Source of the DNA: Bigelowiella natans CCMP2755
Lineage: Eukaryota; Protista; Cercozoa
Length of the DNA stretch: 64,000 bases
NCBI GenBank assembly: GCA_000320545.1
Contig: ADNK01000021.1
Coordinates: 30,179-94,178 of the forward strand
Direction: 5' to 3'
Shown here: piece by piece, positions 37,488-50,519 of the stretch
How positions within the stretch are numbered: the first letter of the stretch is position 1
Layout: each line of letters opens with the position of its first letter
The notes under the pieces: model-generated
The model's input: the letters and a program-made list of their open reading frames with translations, nothing else
Told to the model about the DNA's origin: nothing
Databases searched by the model: none
Made by a program: the position numbers and the translations under genes

Positions 37488-40060
37488 ATGGAGAAAAGCA
37501 CGATGTCGGTAGATCTAGATCTATTGGTCAATCAAAGACCGAAATTTTGTGAAGCTATTTACATGTAAAATCTCAAATCGGCCAACATTCAAAGAGAATT
37601 TCCCATTGACTTTTGGACCTTTGAAGATTGTAGATTTGTCCGAATCAGCTGGATTAGACTGCTTGGTTGATCGCAGCGTCAACTATTTTCCTGATTATTT
37701 TCTTTAAATTGAGGTTGAGTTCCAAAATCGGCGGGCGCGATGCTGGCCGTTGTGTGGCTTTCCTACTCGTAGCTACTGTATTTATTCTCTCGTGGCACCA
37801 TGGCTTTGCTCAAAACGGCTGCTAAGTTTTAACATGTGCCGGACAGTACCCTGAGATAACTACCCCTACGCTCTGAATTTCTACAATACGACATCGTATT
37901 TTGCTGTCGTCATTGAAGTAAATGATTGATCTTGATTTTGCAGTCTATAAGTACATCATTCAGGGAATAAATCTTTGCTGCTGCGAAACAAGCCTCCCGC
38001 AGTCCATTTTACGGCAAATGCGCTTAATTCTGGACATCCGAACCAAGCATACGCCAAGCGTGCTGGTTTCTGGCAACCGAGTTCACATAACAAGACAGAC
38101 ACTTTTTCCACCAAGAAACATCGAAGAATTATTTCATTCGGTTCGAACAACTGGTTCCTTTTTTTTTAAGCGGGGAACCGTGCCTCAAAACCCAACGCAA
38201 CCTGAAGCAATCTCTTCAGTGATGACAACACAGTTAGCGCTGCTTTTTCGTTTCTTGCCGCCACTACAACCTCGAAATGTATCATTGGCTTGTGACGGGT
38301 ATGTGAGAGGGGGTTCACGAGCGAGCAGTCCACAAAGACAAAAAAAACTGTTACGGTTGACCTGATTGATTCTACTGCAGATGTCGTAAAGATAACTTTA
38401 GTGGGCCTGCAGCAGATCTTTAATGTCCTGGAGCTATCTGTGCCATCAGCCAACATGGCCAAACGCCAAATACAAATACTTAACACGGCAACCGGCACTT
38501 TTGCCTTCTTTTGGTTCGTGGTAGGTTTCAATTTAGCTCTTATTTGAAGAAGAAGAAGAAGCGTGACCTTGACCTCTCCATCCATCCCTTTTTTCAGGGT
38601 GCTCACAATCCATACTACTGGGGGTAAAAGAACGCAACCTTTAAAATAAGTTATATGAATATCATCGCGAGTTCATTATCGCAGGTGGCGACCGTATCTT
38701 GTCCTCGGTGGTCTGGCACAGGTGTGAGATTTTCACTCAGACAATTTATCCTTTGATAATTTCATAACGTCCAGATGACGCTGGCATTGACTGGATTATA
38801 TACGACGTATTATCTTCATTATTTATGATATTGAGTTCATTCCTACGTTAAATTTATGCTATGGTAAATAGCTACCGTCTCCTAGCAGCGAGCCACTCCA
38901 CCATCCGCTTCTCTAAGAACACAGAGCTTCCAAAAAATGTTTCTCTGCCCTTTAAAATTTTTGCAGGCATCTCGCTCATACTAAACGTCGCTGCGGTACG
39001 GAACAAATATGCATTTATTATACTCGTTTCTCAGTTGTTTTGTGTCCCTCTGCTCATGTAGATTGTGGGAACGGTAGTAACCATGGAGAGAAGGGTCAAT
39101 GCAATCCGTCATGGAGCGAACATTGTCGTCATCATCTTCGTCGTAGTTATAATGGAGTCTTCATTGATCCGATTTCTAAGGGAAATACGTGTTCATCTGA
39201 ACCGGTCAAAGCCTGATGATTTCAAAAGCAAGAGCTGCGATACCGATGACAAGCCTAAAACGGGTGGGGGGGGTGCCGGTCATACTCAACCCTCGCAGGC
39301 TGATTTAGATACCTCACTAGATTTGCAAGCCTCTCTTGATAATTTACGGAAGGAAATAAACAAGGGGTCGACAATCAATGGGAGCATCGCTACCTTAGGT
39401 TTTGAATCGAAGCAGTGTCAGCTTAAGAACACCAAGATCAAGCTGCCGAGTAAGATCGTGCACAGACGACGCAAGTCTAGCATGGAAATAACACACAAAA
39501 AGTTGAAAGTTAGCGAAAGGAACATGAAGTGGGTGGTGTGTATACTTCCTCTTGTGTCTATGTTCGCGCTGGGTGCGTTGTGCGCTAATGTCGGGGTCCA
39601 GCTTTCCGAAGGGGGAAGCTATCCAGATGATATAAATCGAGAAGCAAACTACTACAATATGCCAGTGGACTTAGTTTTATACATTATGATCGGAATGTTG
39701 ATGTTTTGCCAATGGTACGCATACACACCTCTTCCAGAATGGACAAATAGCTGTGTTGAGATCTTTCGATTGCAATTCTCGCGGTATTTCCCCTGCCGCT
39801 CGGGGAAGTCAAAAATTTCAAGCGAAAGTACGAAAACACCTAGTGGCGATGCAGTGAGCAAAAGTAAGAATACACCTGCTGCCTTTCCCAATATTCAAAG
39901 AATGATGCCGGTGGTAGTTGCGACTGAAACTCATCAGAATCATTACCAACACAATTGCAGTAACAATGGTAGCAGGCGACCGTCTTCCACTGTGCTAGAC
40001 AAAAGATGGAAAGGTTCAAGTACAGATAGTGGTAGCCATCGAAGAGCGGTAGAGGAGTAA
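37488..40060 (+). CDS. Uncharacterised multi-pass (7TM/GPCR-like) membrane protein; 5' exon structure uncertain
   Basis: The last large exon (~39062-40060) has hydrophobic helices IVVIIFVVVIM, WVVCILPLVSMFALGAL and LVLYIMIGMLMFCQWYA, a long basic loop and a Ser-rich tail. Upstream exons carry more hydrophobic segments. Confidence 0.55.
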
Positions 40061-40861
40061 ATGTGTATGACTCCGATCGTAGCAATGCTACAATTGAAAT
40101 GGGTGCGCACCAAATCTGCTGCTATGTCATGAATTTTCATCGAAGTACAGATTGACGGAATTACTTAAAAAGCCCTTAGCATTCTATGAATTGTAATTTG
40201 ATTGAACGCAGCGAACAAACTTGCCTGTGGCGTAGGCTTATTACGACTTCGCGGCATGTCTGATGTTCTAATGTTGCATGCCAGGCATGAACACCATCGG
40301 CATAGCTAGATAGAGCTAAATAGCGCGTATGACTACATCAACACGTATAATATCGGTTATCCGCCGCTACGATGCACGCATTTTTACGAAAAATATAGAA
40401 CTGCACATTATATGCACGCTAGCTGCACGCTAGCACGCCAAGACATATCATACTTCTTAGACAGCCATCGTACGCTAGCTTGCCAGCTATATTACCTAGC
40501 TAGCTAGCTAGCTAGTCTATATCAATAATACTGCAATAGCCATCCCAAAGTACTGACTTTACATTTAATTTAACTTAAAAACGTTGTCAACATCTAGACA
40601 TCTAGACGTATTTGAATGAAAGAAACAACGTGACAGGCTTGCTGGTTTTGGTTTTAGTGCTGGCATAATCAGGTGTTTAAATATATAAATATATGTGTGT
40701 TTGTGTGTTTGTGCTTGCATAGCTTTTGAGGTTTTCACTCACAAGATGGGGAGTTATACTGAATGTGAATAATCACTGTTTTATAAATATATATATATAT
40801 ATATTATATATATATATATATTTTGTGGAGTATGTCGCTCCCATGAGAGTGTCAGTTGCAT

Positions 40862-42220
40862 CTATTTCAAAACCCAGACAACAACAGTGAAGAATATCAG
40901 AAGAAATGCCATGAATATAACTTCGATACTAATCCATATTGGCCTTGATTTGCCCTTAGCTTCCTCGTCGCTCCTCTTTAGGTTACGATCGAAAAATAGC
41001 GGCAGATGCTTGTATTTTCTGAACCCTTGGCTCGTGGACAAGTGCTCATATTCAACTGTAGAGAAATCAGACAGATAATGATGATGAGCAAATGGTGGTC
41101 ATCATCATCGTTTAAGGCTGCTTTGCCGTCCTCATTCTTCGTCAGCATCATCATGAATAAACGCGTACTACTACGTGCAGGGAACTACAAAAGATAATGC
41201 CTAATGATAAAGAAGACTACTGGTGACCACCTCTCAGAATGCCCCATTGGGAGCGGCGAAATAACTCCGCAGCAGTGAGCACAGGCAGCAAGATGTGCTG
41301 ATACTCAACGCTGCTCGACAAAACGGACTGAGAGAGCAATCGCAACAAAGTAAGAACGGCGACAACGAACTCTTTTGGACTTCAATCTTAAGATCAATCC
41401 GAATACTGTTAAACTAATAAATTCTGACGGCACTGAAAAATGCCCATGAAATTGCAAAAGTTGTTCGCTCAAAAATTGGAAATCGATTTAAATATTGCAT
41501 GCCTTGTCACATTACAATCTTTCAAGTTGAAGGGCGCACCTGAAACGGGAACGGTATAAGCGTTACGACCCACAAGAAGCGCAAGATGAGATTGGAGAAT
41601 ATTGCCCAGTAGTAAAAATAGACCTTAATTGTAGCATTTTTGTTAAACCTTCTTCGTAAAGATAGTCATCATCATCATCATCATACAATAGAGGTTCTAT
41701 GAATTTTTTTAATCAGAGGTAGTAATAGTAGTAGAGGCAGTCGCTAGAAGAGAGGAGGAGGAGAACAGAAGGAACGAAGATGAGGCGACTTTCAATCAGA
41801 TATCTTATCTCCCCTCCTCTTCTTCTCCTCCTTCTTTTTCTCCTTCATCTTCTTCTTTTTCTGTGAAACTGTCATCTCTGTTCCCCCCCCCCCTACCTTG
41901 GGGTACAGTCTTTTCTTCCTCAGCATTGGGTGTTGAGCATCCTTTATATGGGATTGTTGGCGGTGATGAGGGGGGGGGGAGGGGGGGGTGACTCGTGGAT
42001 GGAAATTATAAAGCAAATGTCTATCCATGCACACCACCATCAATTCGTCCTACACACCGTGATTGTTACAACAGCGGCAGCAGCAGCAGCAGCAGCACCT
42101 TTCCAAACTCCAATAATCCCCAGTCTAGGATAAGATCCCATATGTAAGTGTAGAGTGTCGTAATGATGATCAAGCAGATCCAGAACAATCGGTAAGGGGA
42201 CCAAGGCGCCTGTGCGTGTG

Positions 42221-42259
<39 letters not shown>

Positions 42260-42361
42260 GTTGTGTGTACACACAAGCAAGAGGACGAGAGATTGATTAG
42301 GCAAGATTCTCGATGCGACGAAAATCAAGCTGCGTGTCGGTGGAAGGGGATGCTGCTGACG

Positions 42362-42396
<35 letters not shown>

Positions 42397-42958
42397 GGTG
42401 TGTGTGCGTACGACGGTAAGGAGCACCACCTGATACTCCGAAAAGAATGGATGTAACGATCCAATGATGACCTGGCCATGAGCAACGACAACGATGATCA
42501 CGATGAAGGGGTTTGAAGTCAGACAGGGAGAGGAAAATCGCAACAACAGGAACCAGGGACAATACGCGTGTTGCGCCTTAGCAATGAATGATGAGGAAAC
42601 GTACTGAGAGTTGGCAGAGCGTGTACTTAAAGGCGTTCGCCAGATTCGGCCATCTTTTATGTGTCTCGAGGTAGCGATGAAGGCACTGATTGAATCGAAA
42701 CCAGTAGGGTATTGCATGGACTAAGGGGACGAGAAATGGGCCGAGGTTGGTGCAGTAACCCGCGCTAGACTGTGCGACTGATGAGACGATGATAAAGAGT
42801 AGAATGAAACACACGCAAAGATGGATGATAGGTGGATTTTGAAGCCGCGGACCTGTGAGAGGATTTGCGTTTGAAATAATACTGACTACTCTCTGTCGAC
42901 GACGATATGCCTTTGCCGATGTGGTGATTGACGATGCGTGCAATATTTCGATATATGT

Positions 42959-43016
<58 letters not shown>

Positions 43017-44805
43017 TTATACTCATTATTTCGACGTCGTACTTCCAGATGAGACGCTTAAAGTTCCAATTTCGAACGCGTAGAAGCATATGCTGTACTG
43101 GAGATCGGAAAATACCTTCTGCATGCTGGTGAGGTAATGAATCATCATCCGTATGAAATTCCTCAGTATCATCAGCATCCCCATCATCATCACCATCATC
43201 ATCATCATCATCATGGCGGTGATAGTAATGATTGAGTGATGGCAGAAGAAAGACTGGGCTAAGCTACTAAAACCCACACAAATGTGTCGAGCTAACCCCA
43301 ACGAACAACCTGCAGAAGTAATCCGCGAGGTAGCAATCTCGGAAGCGTGCTCGGCCAAAGGGTGCTATGATAATGCACCATATGGAGTGAATGATATCGC
43401 TCTGGACCGACCTGTGCAGCAGCCAACCCGACACACAATTTAGGCACATCGGCATCCATGCAAGAAATGTCGGAAAAAATAACAAGTGTCAGGAAAGAAA
43501 TACACGGGAAGGAAAGTGAAGGAAATAGCAGCTCCTGGCTCGTCGCCAGGAATTAGGATGAGGAGGAGGATTATGATGATGATGATGATGATGATAGCGT
43601 TAAGAAAAATACGCGCTGCCACGGAACAGCATTCCTACTTCTTCCTAGCAAGAGAAAGAAAAAGAATAGCAATTACTTCCATAACACAGTTATCATCGTC
43701 ATCATCATCATCACCATATCAAAATCATCATCGTCGTCATCATTATCCAAATACCCTTGTTTGCTCCGTTTCACAAACAAACTCCACATTTTGATCACGA
43801 TGAAGGCAACCAACGCCATGGGGTAGAACACCTTTCGAAAGAAAATTAGAGCGATCGTTGGTTGTAAGAGATGTAAAGACAGGGATTGCTGCGAGAGAGG
43901 CCATAGTGTATCTGAACTCTATGATGGAAGCACTGGTGTTTCATCATCATCATTATCATCATCATCATCATCATCGTCATCATCATTCTCGTCTTCCCTA
44001 CCTCGCTCTATTACTACTAGAACTACATGCAACACCCCATGTGGCCATGACATTAATAATAGTAATAATTATTGTGGTAACGGTGATACTTTGAGTGATG
44101 ATAAACAATCATCATTCAAACAAACAAAAAAGAAGAAGAAGAAGAAATAGCACCGCTGAAAGCTGAGTTCTGAGACGATACTGCTCGTGGTGGAGGAACA
44201 GCAGCGAATTGAGAAGGTACACTAAACTCATGGATGCAGCCTGATCGGGACACAATTTGGTCAACAAATCGATCAAGGAGGGAGGGGAAGGGAAGTAATA
44301 TTGATGATGAAAACACCTCGTTCCAGATCTCGAGGTGGCTCAACTTGTGCCTTGGAGATATCTCGAAGATAAACACATGGTTTACCCTATACTTTGACCT
44401 GCGAGTATTCATTCATTCCGAGGGGGAGAGAGGGGGCGGGTGAATAAGGTAACAGGACGGCAAGAAAGGTTTCCTAGCCGCTATGGTTTTATGAATGTGA
44501 GCTGGCGAGGTATACCCCAAAATTAATTCACCCTTTCTAGTAGAGAACGCGCAGGATTCTTCTTTTTCTCTATCTTCAGCGTCCCTCTACATAACTTTAT
44601 TATTTCTCTACAATTTTCTCACCATATCCAAATATTGAAGCCCCACATCCAAATCAACGATATTAGGAGCCCAACAGCCCTGTACCTGCATGCGAGGAAT
44701 AAGGAGAATGAAAGGGGGAAATCACATGAAGACATAAAAAGAGAAAGACCATATGGAAGGAAATGCCTAGCAAAGTCATAGGAGAAGAAAAGAAAAAAAG
44801 AAGTT

Positions 44806-44853
<48 letters not shown>

Positions 44854-46475
44854 AGGAGGGAGGGGGGGGGGGGGGGGATAAGGGGAGGGAAGAGAAAGAG
44901 AGACGGAGAGAGAAAACAAGAAAGCTATCTTACAGAGGGATGTAAACTTCCATGCCCGGTGTTATGTGAAGATCGGGAGACACAACTAGATTGAAGAGGT
45001 TCCAGAATACAAGGCTAATCACTATACCAATCTTAATACCCAACCAGCACATGTCATCTTTGGAGTAAGATCCCTGAGTGATGATGGTAATGTGGCGAAG
45101 TGAGAATGAAGATGAATACTTGCTACGACAACAGAAATAAAGGTTACGATGATGATAATGAAGAAGATGATGATTATAGGAATGGTGAAACGAGGATGGA
45201 AAATCGAACAACCTGAGTCATCTTTGCCAACAATCGGACCTTCGCTTTGGTCGCATCTCCATTCTAGAGGCAAGTACAGAGAACTTCAGGAACGACACCA
45301 AGAAATCATTCTCGTGCAAGGACACATTGTTCTCATTTGTTCAGAGGCTCGCGAAAGCCCTTGACTCTCATGGAAATCTCACCTCAAATAAGTTTGCGTA
45401 AAACTCCGAAGTCTCGCTCAGCAAATCCTGAGGAGCATATGCACGGTTAGGAAGGTACCATCGCAACTCTTTTGACCTACCGAGACTTTCGTACTCCTTA
45501 CGAAATAGGACTGTTTTATCTTTTTCTCGAAAGCTTTACGATAGTTTCTGAGCAGGAAAAAGGAAGGCTTTACGATCGTGCCGATGGAGGAGGAGAATGC
45601 TCCACTTTCTCCCAATAAGGTATGGAAGGAGGAGAATGCTTCACTTTCTCCCAATAAGGTATGGAAGAGCCGCTGCTACTAATTTTGGCTTACCCCTTGC
45701 AAGCTTTGTCGAACTTTTTCGCGATTTTGTCGAATCCTGGATCACAAATAGAAAGAATGTAGATACAGCAGGTGAGTAAAATGTGTGCGTCGTGCAGTCA
45801 TTCCACCACTTCCCCTCCCCACCCTCCTCCCTGCAGCCATCATTTATGGAGTTAGCTGATGTTCGAATTTGACCGATAGTGTTGAGATAGACGAAGTTGT
45901 TGAGCATATTGAGACTACGATAGAGGTCCACACAGGAGATGTTTATACTTCGTGAAATGCCGCTATGAATGTTGCGATCCCCGCCGTCTTGCATCTCCGT
46001 CGCCTGGTGTCGTACACAGAACTTAGAAATAAGCTTACTCGCCAGGTTAACCCTCCATAATTACCACAAGCACAAGTAGCGATGTTATGTGTCTACCTGG
46101 GCGACCATTGTTTCAAATCTCTTATGCATTTTCTCCTCCATCGTTCTATAGTGACTGTTCACCTGCGAAAGACATCCATATCGTGATCCAGGAGAAAGAG
46201 GTATGAGCTCCTCCATATTTTTGTAAAACCTTCTTCACTTCTTCTTCAAGCTCCTTGATAAACACTTGCTCCAGGGCTTCTTTAGACTTGAAATCGTTTT
46301 CTTTTCCCCCTTCTTCATCGTCGAAAGACCCGTACGTGGTAAGTGGAACTTCTCCTCCTCCACCAGTTTCTTGCTTGAAGAACTTTTTCAAGAGATCTTT
46401 TAGGCGTTTGTAGTTGACATAGAATTTTCGCCATGGCTCGTAAAGAGCTTGGTCCAAATGTTTTCCAAATTTCAT
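40862..46475 (-). CDS. XPR1: SPX-EXS phosphate exporter (XPR1/SYG1/PHO1 family), multi-exon
   Basis: MKFGKHL..WRKFYVNYKRLK (SPX), VNHVFIFE, APFGRARFRDCYLADYF, IPYWFRFNQCLHRY, NAFKY, YTYIWDLILDWGL, RRSQWGILR-VENEHL. Confidence 0.95.
45589..45666. repeat. Tandem duplication, 2 x 39 bp (1 mismatch), spanning an exon/intron junction
   Basis: ggaggagaatgctYcactttctcccaataaggtatggaa at 45589-45627 and 45628-45666. Confidence 0.9.
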
Positions 46476-47364
46476 TTATTGAATCAAGATGCCTCAATAA
46501 ATTGATGTGTATCTCGAAACGGCAAGCCCATACTCCAATCTATAACATGCTATATTTACTATCTCCTTTTCACGAACGCTTTGAAACTAAGCTGATGGAT
46601 AATCCTTCCTGTCTCTTTATCCACGAGTATCTCCTCTCGTCCCTGGGCCACAGGTAAAGGACGCCAAGCGCTCGGCCTCACCAATATTTCCTTCAGCGCG
46701 GGCCAGGCTGTGCTGAGCGATTTCTATTTAATTACTAACAATGTATATGTCGCAGGGATAAAACAACCAACAATAGTGGAAATAATATACTATCAAGATT
46801 CAATTTGAACGACAACTTCTGGTGCTTTTTTCTTCATGTCGCTAAATAAAAATAGGTCCCTTTTTAATAATTGAAAATTTCCCTGGTTTTGTGCCTTTTT
46901 GTTACCACGTTGGCAGCGATATCCCGTCTGGTGTGCTTGCGTAACGACAGCACCCGAAACGCTCCAAACTATTCCCCCCCGTTCCCCTGTTAGTCAGAGC
47001 GAGAATCTGGAATATGGTGAAGCAGGATTCATCTAGGTATTAGTGTTAAATGTATAATCTTTGTGGTGGAGCCTCTCAGCACGTCGCAATTTGGATAGGA
47101 GCGTTGTAGGATGCATTGAGATTGCAGGCCTGGGGGAGGGTTTTGAAGGGGGTGCAAACATAATAGCTGCAGTTTCATTGATGGGATAAAATCACTCATG
47201 ATTGTATTTTAGAGATAATTTTTTATAAACTTCTGTGCACGTTTGTTAAATCTATCTTTGTTATTGTTAATAAGAATGTGGATTTTGTGTAATTCAAAAC
47301 GAATTTCAGGCTTGGAAGAAGGGCTTGAGGAAATTTAAGTCAATCAATCATATATAAAAATCAT

Positions 47365-50325
47365 ATGATGTCCACGAGAGATGACCAAGATAGGGCTGCT
47401 GATCCCACGAGGAAAAGGGAAAATGTCCTACAAGGCATCGTTTCAGATACGTACGATTACGTCTCCCCGCATCCATTGGAGGATCAGGAAATATTCGTAA
47501 AAGTGGGGGGTAACAAGATATTTGAGATAGTACCCCCAATCATCCATTTTAAAGTGAGAAAGTTGAAGACCATCACCAAGAGAGTGAAGATAACCAACGT
47601 TTCTGGGCGAAGTCAACGGCTTCATATTCTACGTCCGAAACCAAATTCAGGCTATTCTGTCAGCTACCCTTCAAAATTAGGAACTATGGCTCCGGGTGTC
47701 ACTCAGATTCTAGATATTCACTATAATCCAAAACATTTCAATTATCAGGCCGGGGAGGTAAAAATCCACACGGTATCTAACCTTCGAATCCCACTTCATT
47801 CATACCCAGCAATCGAGCCTATCAACTTTCCAAAGCATGTCGACATGGGAAACACCCTTCTTGGAGACACTGTTGTCAGAACCTTTACGTTAGAGTCTAA
47901 AGTGCCTGTGGTGTTTGAATATAAAATAACCCCCCTTCGGTACAATCCCAACTTCGTCATAAAGCCCCAGGCAGGCTCCATAAAGCCAAATTCAACGACA
48001 AAATTTACCATTAATTTCACCCCCTTGCAGCAAGTAACCACGGGAATTAACATCAAGCTGGAGGTATCTCAGTTTGGCTTCCAGCCAATTCAGTCTTCGA
48101 TAGTGGGTTCGTGTACAGATATGGCGAGACCGGGGGACGCGAGGCTACCGTGCAACACAATGGATGACGTCCAGAAAACACGCCTCAGTCGCGCGGGCAG
48201 CATACCAAAGTTCTCACCAACCGCGCGCAAGTCATTAGTTAAAATTTCATCATCCATGGATGAAGGAGCAAAGCCGACCGTTTTCAGGATGCAATCTGGC
48301 GCAGAGATGACGCGCAGCATCGCACGTATTCAAACTAAGCTGTTTTCACCTGACACTCGCAAGATCAAGCCGCTGCCCCCTGAAAAGCAGGAAATTTGGA
48401 GAGATGTTGTGATTCCGGATAAATTCACACAAACAGCTGTGAACAGCATCCTCAAGTTCGAACCTGGGAAGATGACCATTGCAGAGATGAAAGAGGCCAT
48501 CAAGAAACAACAGGACCTCCAGAAGAAGAGGGAAGCTGCTGTAGAAAAACACTTCAATTCCACGAGGGGACCCGGAAGTTCGCGGCGAGACGAGCACCCG
48601 ACAGACCATAGCAGTCGAGCTGATACCGAAGTGACATTTATTGGCGACACTGACCAGATGAGGGAGATGGTTTTCTTGAGGAAGCTGAATGACTTCGTAG
48701 AGCACGAAAAGAGGCTCACGATCAACCCTACAAAGCCTCGAGTTGGCCAGCGCATCATCACAGAAGACCAGCGTCAACATATCCTAGAGACGTGGCAAGA
48801 AGAAAGGAAGGAGGCTGCGAAGAGAGGAAGAAAGATAGAGAGAGAAAATGTGGAGCACATATGTGAACTGAGCAGGGATAAGCGTGTCGTGTACCCAATA
48901 GAGAGACGACAACAGACGACAGAATTCAGTGGAGTGAACCAAGACGATTGGGAGTCACGAAAGGTTGCTTTAGAAACATTCATCGAGGCCATGACGACGC
49001 TAGTGATACGAAAGAGGGTTGACTGCCGGATAGAGAGGCTTAAGAAAGCCATCTCGTCGAGCGAGGGCCAGGACGTAAACATGTTCAAAGAGGTTAAGCT
49101 TGGCTTCGACTTCAAGATGACGGAGAAGACGCTCACTCCAACATGCTTTCCTGCTGTGGGCAAGGAAGAGGTCAAAAGGATGCCTAGGAATGTGAAGGCC
49201 ATTCCTAACATCTTTCAGATTCGCGATTTCCGGCTCAAAGAGTCTCCTTTATGTGATTTGCTGGACTACAAAAGTCTTCCTCTCCCTGCCCTCCCGATAT
49301 ATCTTGCACCGCATCAAGAGAGAGATCTAAGATCAGGTGCATTAGACGAGCACCTGATCCCTGCCCCAAGTGGAATGGCTACCGGGAAGCTTGGCTCAAT
49401 TGAAACTAAGCATGTCGAGAGTTCTGTGCTTGATAGCCGGCGCAACCTCGGGCGCGCTGTAGAGGAGAATGCGCTTCTTGTCTATGCTAAACCTGCGGAG
49501 ATGTTTAAGGAGAAAAAGGAGGATGAAAAGGGAAGTACCGATGGTGAGAATTTCAATCCCAGCGAAGACATGCCAAATGGTTCTGAAGAAGAGGAGGACG
49601 ACACCAAAGCGGCCTCCCTCGCGGTAGTCTCACGGCACTCAGTGCCGGAACATTTGGTACAGGCATCATCATGGGAATATCCGGGAACGAAAACATGGCC
49701 ATACCTTCTCCTTCGTTCCCATCCTTCCCTCCATGTGCACTCGAAAATGATCCCACAGTCAGAGGTGCAGTCTGCTGAGCATGCTCTCCGGCCACGACCC
49801 GTTGGCGAACCTGACAAACACCGGTACTATCTTTTCGAGGAAAACGGCAGGGAGGAACTGTTGAGCCTGCGACAGGTACCCACAATAATGAAAAGATGGG
49901 AAAGCTCACAATCACTGGACCTCAAGTTCAAGTTTAAGGACATTGTGCCCCTTAAGCACCCGCACGTGGACCTCGACGTGAAGATTCCAATACAGAAAGA
50001 GCTTGCAGTTGAGGATTGTCTTTCCGACTCTGATTCGGACGATGAAGAGACCCGCTACAAGCCCGTCATTCCTACAGTAGAGCTTTGCCGGAACATGTTC
50101 TTAAATGAAGAAGGAAAAGGCGATGATAATGCGGATCAGGGGAAGCCCAAAGAAGAGATTACAGGATCAGCAGTAGTGGCGGCGATTAGGCAAGCTGAAT
50201 TAGACACTAACCAGGAAATGGACGAGACCAGGCTTCGAGAATTTGTTAAATTTCCTCTAGAAATAGATGCTATCAACAAGAAAACGCGCAACAAAGAGTT
50301 AAGAATAGCAAATTTCTTTTCATAA
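47365..50325 (+). CDS. CFAP221: Cilia- and flagella-associated protein 221 (PCDP1) homolog, intronless, 986 aa
   Basis: N-terminal ASH/Ig-like region FEIVPPIIHF..ITNVSGRSQRLHIL..MAPG..LRIPLHSYP..FPKHVDMGNTLLG..LESKVPVVFEY matches the CFAP221 pattern as I recall it. It is a single uninterrupted ORF. Confidence 0.82.
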   Translation: MMSTRDDQDRAADPTRKRENVLQGIVSDTYDYVSPHPLEDQEIFVKVGGNKIFEIVPPIIHFKVRKLKTITKRVKITNVSGRSQRLHILRPKPNSGYSVSYPSKLGTMAPGVTQILDIHYNPKHFNYQAGEVKIHTVSNLRIPLHSYPAIEPINFPKHVDMGNTLLGDTVVRTFTLESKVPVVFEYKITPLRYNPNFVIKPQAGSIKPNSTTKFTINFTPLQQVTTGINIKLEVSQFGFQPIQSSIVGSCTDMARPGDARLPCNTMDDVQKTRLSRAGSIPKFSPTARKSLVKISSSMDEGAKPTVFRMQSGAEMTRSIARIQTKLFSPDTRKIKPLPPEKQEIWRDVVIPDKFTQTAVNSILKFEPGKMTIAEMKEAIKKQQDLQKKREAAVEKHFNSTRGPGSSRRDEHPTDHSSRADTEVTFIGDTDQMREMVFLRKLNDFVEHEKRLTINPTKPRVGQRIITEDQRQHILETWQEERKEAAKRGRKIERENVEHICELSRDKRVVYPIERRQQTTEFSGVNQDDWESRKVALETFIEAMTTLVIRKRVDCRIERLKKAISSSEGQDVNMFKEVKLGFDFKMTEKTLTPTCFPAVGKEEVKRMPRNVKAIPNIFQIRDFRLKESPLCDLLDYKSLPLPALPIYLAPHQERDLRSGALDEHLIPAPSGMATGKLGSIETKHVESSVLDSRRNLGRAVEENALLVYAKPAEMFKEKKEDEKGSTDGENFNPSEDMPNGSEEEEDDTKAASLAVVSRHSVPEHLVQASSWEYPGTKTWPYLLLRSHPSLHVHSKMIPQSEVQSAEHALRPRPVGEPDKHRYYLFEENGREELLSLRQVPTIMKRWESSQSLDLKFKFKDIVPLKHPHVDLDVKIPIQKELAVEDCLSDSDSDDEETRYKPVIPTVELCRNMFLNEEGKGDDNADQGKPKEEITGSAVVAAIRQAELDTNQEMDETRLREFVKFPLEIDAINKKTRNKELRIANFFS

Positions 50326-50519
50326 CAATGCGGAGAACCTGCACCTATGTTTACGAGCACACACCAAGGCACGAACGCATGAATTGCCGCCTTTTGCACA
50401 AAGAAGACACTTGCATGCAAATTTCTCTTGTTCATGCAATCCATCTAGACTGATCTTGGTCTGTGTGCGCTGCGATGAATGCTGAATTGTATATAATTGT
50501 AGCAACACACAACGGTGCG

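Noticed and set aside
47443-49915. Antisense ORFs within CFAP221 (and within TPP2 exons)
   Set aside because: Shadow frames of long real coding sequences.
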